The translations under genes were made by a program, and so were the position numbers. Below the pieces are notes generated by a model. That model was not told where the DNA came from and made no database searches. It was given only the letters and a program-made list of their open reading frames with translations. Positions 16,699 to 23,865 of a stretch of 37,485 nucleotides of DNA are shown here, one piece after another. The DNA comes from an uncultured Candidatus Saccharibacteria bacterium (GTDB taxonomy: Bacteria > Patescibacteriota > Minisyncoccia > Phycocordibacterales > UBA6065). The first letter of the stretch is position 1. Each line of letters starts with the position of its first letter. The stretch is taken from assembly GCA_964596505.1 (NCBI GenBank), contig CAZQUF010000001.1, positions 1-37,485 of the forward strand, read 5' to 3'.

Positions 16699-17589
16699 TT
16701 AGCGCCAGTTATCGACGTTGACCTTGCCGATACTCGTTGCCCGCATGAATGGCGTATTGACGACGCGGTGGACGTCGATGCCTCCCACGCCTGAGGCGCG
16801 GAGCTCGGCATTCTGGGCTACCCCGTTGAAGGCGATACCGCCGACGCTCGTGGCACTGGCGGTGATCTTCGAGACGTCGCCATCGTCGATGCGGACCTTG
16901 CCGACGCCGTTCGTAGTCACGGTGAGTAGGCCATCGACCTTTTTGACATAGATGCTGCCGACGCTCTCGGCGGTGAGGCTTGCGTCGCGGACTTTGCCGA
17001 TGGTGACGTCGTTCACGCCTGAGGAGGCGACGGTCACTTGTCCCTCGGTATCGCCGATCGAGACGTCCCCGTTCACGTCGGTCACGGTCACGGGCGTTCT
17101 GCGGGGAACGATGACGATGATCTTCGCGGCGGCTTTTTTGCCGATGGAGATCCTGCCGATCGAGATGCCGACCTTGAGGATGGATAGCGCGAATCCGGAC
17201 GGCCGACTCTTCGGGCTGATGAGGACCACCTTGTCGTCGCTTTCGATGCTGAGGTTCTCAACGGCCTTCGGATCGCCTTCGACGGCGACCGTGAATCGGG
17301 GACCGACGGCTACTTCGACTTCGGCGTCGACGCCGGCGATTTTCAGTTCGCTGGCATCGAAGACGCGCGGTTCGAATTTCTGGACCGGGGTCGTTTTCGA
17401 TTCCAGCGCGCCCTTTGCCGTGAGCTTGATGGTCTTGCCGCTCATCGAGACGTCTCCTGTGCAGGTGATTTGACCGGTCGATATGTCGCAGACGCTCCCG
17501 TCGGAGAAGGTGACGCGCGAGTTTTGGATGCCCGTTATCGTCATGCCGGTGAACTCGATTGTCTTGCCGTTCAGGGTCAGTGTTTGCAT
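16699..17589 (-). CDS. Beta-helix repeat protein resembling DUF2807/DUF4097 (putative adhesin-head GIN-type repeats)
   Basis: The 296-aa ORF has a strong SD (AAGGAG, 6 nt, ATG). It contains repeated x-V-x-G-D/G-V-x-I/V units (VNGDVSIGDTEGQVTVASSGVNDVTIG, SVGSIYVKKVDGLLTVTTNGVGKVRID, SVGGIAFNG...ASGVGGIDV). No signal peptide is evident. Confidence 0.6.
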   Translation of the reverse strand: MQTLTLNGKTIEFTGMTITGIQNSRVTFSDGSVCDISTGQITCTGDVSMSGKTIKLTAKGALESKTTPVQKFEPRVFDASELKIAGVDAEVEVAVGPRFTVAVEGDPKAVENLSIESDDKVVLISPKSRPSGFALSILKVGISIGRISIGKKAAAKIIVIVPRRTPVTVTDVNGDVSIGDTEGQVTVASSGVNDVTIGKVRDASLTAESVGSIYVKKVDGLLTVTTNGVGKVRIDDGDVSKITASATSVGGIAFNGVAQNAELRASGVGGIDVHRVVNTPFMRATSIGKVNVDNWR

Positions 17590-17698
17590 TGAGTACTCCT
17601 TTCGTATGGGTTTTAGTTTGTGAGGATCAAATTGCTAATAGCGTACTATCATTTTTAAAAGGATAAGTCAAGTCAGCGGTTTCGCGCTCTTTGCTTGC

Positions 17699-17793
17699 TG
17701 CGGGCGATGAGGGAATCGAACCCCCGACAAGGCGTTTGGAGTGCCTCGTTATGCCACTTAACTAATCGCCCGTATTTCGAATCGCCTTGATTT
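17699..17793. repeat. Direct repeat copy B (95 bp, identical to 16520-16614)
   Basis: See copy A. Confidence 0.9.
17701..17771 (-). tRNA. tRNA-Trp (anticodon CCA), copy 2 (identical to copy 1)
   Basis: The 71-nt sequence is the same as 16522-16592. The trailer is CAG, and no terminator lies between it and the downstream beta-helix gene. Confidence 0.85.
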
Positions 17794-17860
17794 ATAGCAC
17801 AAAAAGGGCGAATTGGAATTTTCGGGCGAGGGTTGCTACTATTGTGTGTATCTATGATAA

Positions 17861-18058
17861 CCCTCAATCCAGACCAGGACCCGGATGAAGTCATTCCTCG
17901 ATGACCTTCGCCGCGACTACGACGGCAAGCGCGTCATGGTCATCGGCCATCGCGCTACCCAGTACGGCATCCAGAATATCATCGAGGGTACGCCCTACGA
18001 GACGCTCGTTTCGATGAAATTCAAGTGGCAGCCGGGGTGGGGGTATCGCATCGGGTAA
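17861..18058 (+). pseudogene. 5'-truncated histidine-phosphatase remnant (C-terminal ~57-65 codons only)
   Basis: The frame is open only from 17861, with ATG at 17885 and TAA at 18056. The translation ...RMKSFLDDLRRDYDGKRVMVIGHRATQYGIQNIIEG... matches the C-terminal second-His block of the phosphoglycerate-mutase-like family. The N-terminal RHG part is absent and tRNA-Trp copy 2 abuts it. Confidence 0.55.
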
Positions 18059-18084
18059 ATAAAAGCCGCTCTCGTGCGAGCGGC
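18057..18084 (-). terminator. Terminator for the 89-aa minus-strand gene
   Basis: The stem GCCGCTC/GAGCGGC has a 6-nt loop. On the minus strand it is followed by TTTTATTT, 10 nt after the stop at 18094. Confidence 0.55.
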
Positions 18085-18093
18085 TCGGTAGTA

Positions 18094-18363
18094 TCATGCG
18101 ACGGCTGTCTCGATTAATTGGAGGCCGAGGGCCTTGAAACGGCGGCGCCAGGAGTCTTGCCACCACTGAGCGCCGGTTCGGAAGGTGGCCATGTCGGTTT
18201 CCACCTTACCGTGGTGGGCGACGAAATGGATGCCCATCCCGTGCGTTCCGTTATCGTGTGGCGTCACTTCTTCGATCCAGCGAGCGCTGAAAAAGTAGCG
18301 GTAATATACCTTCTTCCAGAGCTTGCGAAACATCCGGATTGGACGTGATTTTTGTATGTTCAT
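18094..18363 (-). CDS. Hypothetical small Trp/His-rich protein (89 aa)
   Basis: ATG at 18363 is preceded by AGAGGAAAAT (an SD). It has a terminator downstream. No family recognised. Confidence 0.55.
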   Translation of the reverse strand: MNIQKSRPIRMFRKLWKKVYYRYFFSARWIEEVTPHDNGTHGMGIHFVAHHGKVETDMATFRTGAQWWQDSWRRRFKALGLQLIETAVA

Positions 18364-18474
18364 ATTTTCCTCTGATGCGAAACATATCACAAGCGTCCGT
18401 GTGCCGCAATATGATTCAGATTAAGATCTAGTCCCGATATTTTTAATCTCTTGTCGCGGGTATATACTACCCGC

Positions 18475-19620
18475 ATGGAACCCCTCGCCAACAAAATCCG
18501 CCCAAAAACCCTGAAAGAATTCGTGGGCCAGGAGCATCTGGTCGGCCCGCACGGGCCTTTGCGCATGGCGATTCGGGACAAGCATCTCTTTTCCTTCATC
18601 CTCTGGGGTCCGCCGGGCGTGGGCAAGACGACCTTGGCTCGGATATACGCCAACGCCCTCGATGCCAAGCTCTACGAGCTCTCCGCGGTTTCGGCGGGGA
18701 AGGACGACATCAAGAGGATCATCGACGAGCCGACGCTCCTCGATCCCCGGCCGAAGCTCCTCTTCCTCGACGAGATCCATCGCTTTAATAAGGCTCAGCA
18801 GGACTTTCTCCTGCCCTTGGTCGAGACGGGGAGGCTGACCCTCATCGGCGCGACGACCGAGAATCCGAGTTTCGAGGTCATATCGGCATTGCTCTCGCGT
18901 TGCCGCGTCTTCGTCTTGGAGAGTCTTTCGGAGAAAGACATCCAGAAGATCATCGTCCGGACCAAAATAAAAGTGCCCAAGGACGCCATTGAGTGGCTCG
19001 TGACCCTGGCCAACGGCGACGCGCGCATCGTCCTCTCGGCTCTCGAGAATACCAAGCAGATCTACGGCTCCATCACTCGCGAGAATCTCAAGAATGCCTT
19101 CGAGCACGCGTTCATCCGCTTCGACAAGAAAGGCGAGGAGCACTACGACACCATATCGGCTTTCATAAAAAGCATGCGCTCGGGCGACGCCGATGCGGCC
19201 ATCTATTACCTCGCCCGCATGATCGCCGGCGGGGAAGACCCGAAGTTCATCGCCCGGCGCATGGTCGTCTTCGCTTCCGAGGATATCGGCCTCGCCCAGC
19301 CGACGGCCCTCGTCGTAGCTAACGCGGTCTTTCAGGCGGTGGACACCATCGGCCTGCCCGAAGCTCAGGAGAATCTGGCGCACGGCGTGGCGTATCTCGC
19401 CCTGGCCGCTAAGGATCGCTCGGCATACGACGCATATATGGAAGCTCTGTCCGACGTCAAAGCTACCGGCAATCTGCCGATACCGCTCCGTATCCGGAAC
19501 GCCCCGACCAAGCTCATGAAGAATCTCGGCTACGGCAAAGGCTATGACAAATACGACAAAGAGAGCTATCTGCCGGATACATTGAAAGGGAAGAAGTATT
19601 TGAGGCGGCCGAAAAAGTGA
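18475..19620 (+). CDS. rarA: Replication-associated recombination protein A (AAA+ ATPase RarA/MgsA)
   Basis: MEPLANKIRPKTLKEFVGQEHL, Walker A GPPGVGKTTLA, LFLDEIHRFNKAQQD, GATTENPSFEV and the C-terminal MgsA domain (HYD.ISAFIKS.RGSD.DAA.YYLARM) are all present. Confidence 0.9.
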   Translation: MEPLANKIRPKTLKEFVGQEHLVGPHGPLRMAIRDKHLFSFILWGPPGVGKTTLARIYANALDAKLYELSAVSAGKDDIKRIIDEPTLLDPRPKLLFLDEIHRFNKAQQDFLLPLVETGRLTLIGATTENPSFEVISALLSRCRVFVLESLSEKDIQKIIVRTKIKVPKDAIEWLVTLANGDARIVLSALENTKQIYGSITRENLKNAFEHAFIRFDKKGEEHYDTISAFIKSMRSGDADAAIYYLARMIAGGEDPKFIARRMVVFASEDIGLAQPTALVVANAVFQAVDTIGLPEAQENLAHGVAYLALAAKDRSAYDAYMEALSDVKATGNLPIPLRIRNAPTKLMKNLGYGKGYDKYDKESYLPDTLKGKKYLRRPKK

Positions 19621-19646
19621 TTAGTTTGGCCGGACGTAAGAGATAC

Positions 19647-19678
19647 GAGAGAGCCGCTTCATACGAAGCGGCTCTCTC
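19647..19678 (+). terminator. Strong hairpin after rarA (14-bp perfect stem, ATAC loop)
   Basis: GAGAGAGCCGCTTC-ATAC-GAAGCGGCTCTCTC. The U-tract is weak (TGCTT), so it may be a stabiliser or a terminator. Confidence 0.55.
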
Positions 19679-19682
19679 TGCT

Positions 19683-19707
19683 TGGAGACGACGGGAATCG
19701 GACCCGC
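19683..19707 (-). other. tRNA 3'-end-like fragment (T-arm plus acceptor 3' strand), possible att-site remnant
   Basis: The minus strand reads GCGGG-TCCGATT-CCCGT-CGTCTCC-A. This is a T-stem/loop one substitution from the GGTTCGATTCC consensus, plus 7 nt and a discriminator. No matching 5' acceptor strand (GGAGACG) occurs within 100 nt, so it is not a complete tRNA. Confidence 0.35.
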
Positions 19708-19764
19708 CTCTGCTTGTCAACAGAACGAGCGGATCCTCGCAAGAGCTGTGCTATCATAATCCCC

Positions 19765-20937
19765 ATGAAAGTGCACAAGATCTACATCGGCGGCTGGTTC
19801 CAGCGCACGACGCTCCATCTCACGGAGATGTGGGATTTCATGAAGAGCGGCACGTCGAGGCTCGATCTGCCGACCGACAAGCTCGCAGAGATGCTCGCAG
19901 GCCTTTCTATCGCGAGCGTGACGCGCGAGAGCGGCCCTCTCGAGTATCTCTGCGTCACGACGAGCGTCGGCATCGAGTATCGGATATACGAAGACGGTCT
20001 TATCATCCTCGAAAAAGCCTTCAGCTCTCTCTCGGCAGATTTCGCCGCCATCAAGGAATATTATGACGAAAAGCTCTCCAAGAGCCTGTCTTTCATCTTT
20101 AGCAAAGGCGCTCCCGTGCCGAAAGAGCTCGCCAATATCAAGACTATCCTTCCATACATCGTCACCGTGAGCGGCGCCAAGGAAGGGGAGATCTCCGCCA
20201 TGTTCAAGGACGCATCCGAAGAGATGTACTCTGTCCTCAAGACCAAGACTGTCGGCGTCTATCGGAGCTCGGGACTCATCGTCATCGACGACCTCATGGA
20301 CGAGGCTCTCGCTCGAGATGTCATCGAATCTCAGATATTCTTCCGCGAGTTCAAGACGCAGCTCCACCGGTATCTCGCTATCCATCGAACTCTTTGGGAG
20401 AAGATTCGCGAGATCAAAGAGCGGGGACAGATAAAGGGCACCGATATCGACGGCCTGCGCAACCAGCTTTCGATATATCAAAAGACCGTGAATCTTATTG
20501 GGGCGAGGATCGACCAGATGCCCGCATACGTCGAAACCCGCCGAAAGATGACCCATACCGACAAGCTCGATCCGAGCCTCGAGCCGCTCTTTCAATTCAA
20601 GTTCGAGACTCTCCTCGACACGCACGAGTACATAAAACACCTCTGGAGCATGACCGAGAACTATCTCGGGTCGGCTATCGAGCTTTTCAACGAGCTCCAG
20701 GCCAAGAGCACCAAGAACACCATCTCCTCTCTCCAACTCGTCACCACCATCGGCGTCGTGGCCGGCATCCTCGGCTATCTCGCCAAGGATACGCTGCCTC
20801 AATTCACCTGGATCGGAGCGCTCTACTTCGTCTTGCTCATGGCTATGACCTGGATCGTCAATAGCGCCATATCGAAGTTCTACAAGAACAAGAGGTACAA
20901 GATAAAGGCGGAGGAGATCGAGAAGGATATCAAATAG
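19765..20937 (+). CDS. CorA-like two-TM membrane protein with non-canonical GYL in place of GMN (family assignment tentative)
   Basis: ATG 19765 follows an extended -10 (TGcTATCAT). A cytosolic domain of about 330 aa with long helices is followed by TM1 (LQLVTTIGVVAGILGYL), a short loop (AKDTLPQF), TM2 (WIGALYFVLLMAMTWIVNSAI) and a basic tail (KFYKNKRYK). This is the CorA/ZntB topology. Confidence 0.6.
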   Translation: MKVHKIYIGGWFQRTTLHLTEMWDFMKSGTSRLDLPTDKLAEMLAGLSIASVTRESGPLEYLCVTTSVGIEYRIYEDGLIILEKAFSSLSADFAAIKEYYDEKLSKSLSFIFSKGAPVPKELANIKTILPYIVTVSGAKEGEISAMFKDASEEMYSVLKTKTVGVYRSSGLIVIDDLMDEALARDVIESQIFFREFKTQLHRYLAIHRTLWEKIREIKERGQIKGTDIDGLRNQLSIYQKTVNLIGARIDQMPAYVETRRKMTHTDKLDPSLEPLFQFKFETLLDTHEYIKHLWSMTENYLGSAIELFNELQAKSTKNTISSLQLVTTIGVVAGILGYLAKDTLPQFTWIGALYFVLLMAMTWIVNSAISKFYKNKRYKIKAEEIEKDIK

Positions 20938-20971
20938 GTCGGGATTTCGCCCGCCCGAGTGCCCATATGGC

Positions 20972-20999
20972 TTGAAAGGGCATATACTATATGCATAAT
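20972..20999 (+). promoter_or_regulatory. Promoter of the giant ORF (-35 TTGAAA, 16 nt, -10 CATAAT, 10 nt to ATG 21010)
   Basis: Hexamers read directly in the 72-nt gap after the CorA-like gene. Confidence 0.5.
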
Positions 21000-21009
21000 T
21001 ATAGCGCGT

Positions 21010-23865
21010 ATGCCTGAATCGCTTTTACCTCAGGAGTCACAAGAATCGGCGCCGAATATCGAGGGCGAAGAGCCCACTGCCGAAGGGCTTTTTCTGTCGC
21101 GATTCGATCGTATAGACATTACTGACCCGCTCCTCGAAGAGATTCGGGTCGAAGGGGGGAAGGTTCAAACGCTCGTAGCGGAACTGAAGAGCGCCGTCGA
21201 GAGCATTCTCGATGCTGGGAGAGAGGATACTGTGGGCGAGCTCGTCGCGACCGAGATAGAGAAAGGCCCCGAATACGTGCGCGGCAGGCTCAGCGAGCTT
21301 GATGTGCGCACGAATGATCTCGCAGAGAGACTCAAGAAGCTCAAAAGCGATGTGCGGGCGAAGACAGAGATATTCTCATGGACTCAAAACAAAACTACAG
21401 ACCTCGCAAGCCTCCGCGAAGGTTTAAGGTTCGCAGTCCCGCTGATTCAGTCAACCGTCGCCGCCTCGACAGAGTTCCGCAGTGTATGCAATGCTCGCGA
21501 CGATCTCTACGATGCGTATGCGTTGGCAAGGATACAGCACTACGGCGGGACTTCGATAGATGACTCGTACGGCCTCTATGAGCAAAAGTCGACCGAGCGC
21601 AGGAGGCTCAGCGGCCCGCTCGGTATCAAACGCCTGTTCTATCGGAAGGAACTTACTCAGCTCGATGAAGAGATGGCTGAGCTCTCAGGGTTTATGTCTG
21701 GTCGGAGAAAGTCTTCATCGAACTTTAGCTACTTTGATCGCGAGGATGCCAAGAATGCATTCGTAGATTACGCGCAATCTATCGAACACAAGGTGCAAAA
21801 GAAGATAACGGAATGCGTCGAGGCGAACGCCAAAGAGAGATTGCGTTCTGAGAAAGCGACTATCCTCGACGCGGCAGAAGTCGACGCTCTCGATAATGTT
21901 CTCCTCGAGAAGTTCGCCGTCCCTGAGCTCAAAGGATGCAGCGAAGAAGTCATTGAAGATACAGTAGGTTTGCTGAAGCGAAGCTTCGAGATAAAACTAG
22001 ATGCGGAGCACACTGGCTCGGGACCGTATAGCCGGCTCGATAGCGAGATAGCGAATCTGCAAGGGCAGAGCTACAGGATAGCTCGAGAGTTTAGGGGTTC
22101 CGGTCAGAGGTTCCAAAAAGTCGCCGCTTTCGTCGATACCGGCCATCTGAGGCTAAAATCGGGAGAAGAGATACAGAGAATCGGTCTTGCCGCAGAGGCG
22201 TCCTTTGCAGATATCTTCAAAATGTTAGGCAAGGTCGGCGCGGGCCTGTCTGGGTACTCTCGACCTCGGCTCTTCGGAGGCGATTTCGATACCCTTCGGT
22301 TCAAGGCGATCGCCGCGTGTCCGGAGACCAAGGCCAGATTTGGCGAAAAGATCGAATCTGCAAGGCGGACGCTGGAAGCAGGCTTGGAGCGCTCCTTGAC
22401 GAGTTCGGCCAAGAACCATGAAGAAGGCGTGCTTTTGGCTTCGAAGCTCATGGATATCGGAGGGCCCGAAAGCGTCGCGGTCATGCTTGTCAACGCTTTC
22501 CGGGAGCCCGGATATTCTGGCGAGCGTCTGCTGCTCCAGCCCGATAAACCAGAAAGCGGGCCGCTCGTAGCCTATCTCTCTCGACTTACCGATAAGGATC
22601 TGGAAGTTTTGAAGGGGCAATCGATTCCCGGTCTTATAGAATGTATTTCTCTTATCCGCTCTCATCCTGCCGATTTCGTGCACCCCCGCCCTGGGTCGGT
22701 ATACGCCGAAGTGCAGGCGGAGCTCGCAAAAGTCGTGGGGCATTTCTTTGAAACGAGGGGTAAGGAGCTCTTCGAATTCCTTGTCGATTCGGCTGATAAC
22801 GTAGATTCCGACCTTGGAGGATCGTACGCAAAGATAGATGATGTCCTCAGAAAGTCCGACAATCTGAGCTTTTTCTCCGATGTTATTACCACTTTCAGGC
22901 GTCGATTCGTGTTGTTTAATGACGTAAAGTCTCTCAAGCTCCTTTCAGAGATCCCTGATTGTCTTGATAACATAGATGAGTTCCCGCAAAGGCTTCGCGG
23001 CGGCATACAGAAACAGCTTGCCTCGGAGATGTACGAGTCATATCGTTCGTACGAATCGCGTCGCTACGGCTTGGCCATATTGCAGAAGGGCCCTGCAGAG
23101 GAAGACGGCGCTGGATCCCGAGACGCATCGCACGCTCAGGTCCAGGCTATGTTCAAGAAGATATCCGAAAACACCATTCTGAGCCCCGACGTGATTTCCA
23201 AATTTAACGGACTGAGGCTAAAGGCCGCGCTCGGCGAACCGATGCAGGTAGATCGCGACCGATTAGCCGAGCTTTTCAATGATCCTCACATCGATACAGT
23301 CAAAACCGATGTTAGGTCATTTATATTCGACCTTGTGTCTTCAGGCAAGGTCGAATTGACAGCCGCGCAAGCAGCCGCATCTGTCGATCGATTGATCGAG
23401 GAGGCGCACTCCTCTCTGCTCCTCTACGACACCAAAAAGAGCAGAGATTTTGCCCGGACTCTCTCGGAGAAGAGTCTCATCTCCGAGTCTCAGTATAGGA
23501 CTTTCCAAAAAGCGATAGACACTGCCGATTCCGGATATGTACAGGCTTTGGGAACCCACAAAGGAGATCTAGAGATAACGGGCGCGAATTGGGTCGAGAA
23601 CCTCTCGTGGTATATACGGATTAACGCCGGTTTTGCTGCCAATGGCGCAGGCTCGAATGTCCTGAGACGTACGTTCTCTAACGATCATCCTGCGAACAGG
23701 GATGCCTGTCTCCGCGGACTTTACGGCTCATGGCGGGCGCTCTTGGAATCAGGACGATTGGATATGGACGGCAGCACTATTTCCCGTGTCGTGCGTATGA
23801 ATAGGGGGGGCGGGTGGTCTCAAATATGTCGAACGGCTTGCGCAGATGATGTCGTCTGTCGATAA
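21010..23865 (+). CDS. Large hypothetical protein, part 1 (951 aa from ATG 21010), predominantly helical with no recognisable motif
   Basis: The ORF has diverse composition, whereas the antisense ORFs are Gly/Asp/Arg/Leu-rich shadows. There is no Walker A, HExxH, signal peptide or TM helix. The last 17 codons after the G7 tract (WSQICRTACADDVVCR) look non-native. Confidence 0.65.
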   Translation: MPESLLPQESQESAPNIEGEEPTAEGLFLSRFDRIDITDPLLEEIRVEGGKVQTLVAELKSAVESILDAGREDTVGELVATEIEKGPEYVRGRLSELDVRTNDLAERLKKLKSDVRAKTEIFSWTQNKTTDLASLREGLRFAVPLIQSTVAASTEFRSVCNARDDLYDAYALARIQHYGGTSIDDSYGLYEQKSTERRRLSGPLGIKRLFYRKELTQLDEEMAELSGFMSGRRKSSSNFSYFDREDAKNAFVDYAQSIEHKVQKKITECVEANAKERLRSEKATILDAAEVDALDNVLLEKFAVPELKGCSEEVIEDTVGLLKRSFEIKLDAEHTGSGPYSRLDSEIANLQGQSYRIAREFRGSGQRFQKVAAFVDTGHLRLKSGEEIQRIGLAAEASFADIFKMLGKVGAGLSGYSRPRLFGGDFDTLRFKAIAACPETKARFGEKIESARRTLEAGLERSLTSSAKNHEEGVLLASKLMDIGGPESVAVMLVNAFREPGYSGERLLLQPDKPESGPLVAYLSRLTDKDLEVLKGQSIPGLIECISLIRSHPADFVHPRPGSVYAEVQAELAKVVGHFFETRGKELFEFLVDSADNVDSDLGGSYAKIDDVLRKSDNLSFFSDVITTFRRRFVLFNDVKSLKLLSEIPDCLDNIDEFPQRLRGGIQKQLASEMYESYRSYESRRYGLAILQKGPAEEDGAGSRDASHAQVQAMFKKISENTILSPDVISKFNGLRLKAALGEPMQVDRDRLAELFNDPHIDTVKTDVRSFIFDLVSSGKVELTAAQAAASVDRLIEEAHSSLLLYDTKKSRDFARTLSEKSLISESQYRTFQKAIDTADSGYVQALGTHKGDLEITGANWVENLSWYIRINAGFAANGAGSNVLRRTFSNDHPANRDACLRGLYGSWRALLESGRLDMDGSTISRVVRMNRGGGWSQICRTACADDVVCR
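23804..23810 (+). repeat. G7 homopolymer at the junction of the two large ORFs
   Basis: The sequence is aat-a-GGGGGGG-c-ggg. The downstream ORF's frame is open from 23801, immediately 5' of the tract. Confidence 0.95.

Noticed and set aside
16520-17793. Interpreting the tRNA-Trp direct repeats as attL/attR of an integrase-mediated island
   Set aside because: The repeat covers the entire tRNA plus its upstream promoter region rather than just a 3' portion. No recombinase gene lies between the copies, and only one small gene is enclosed. Duplication or recombination is a better fit and is reported as such.
19514-20066. ORFs 19617..20066 (+) and 19514..19720 (-), both containing AASYEAALS
   Set aside because: The shared peptide is the translation of the 14-bp perfect palindromic terminator stem (19647-19678) read on both strands, so it is an artefact.
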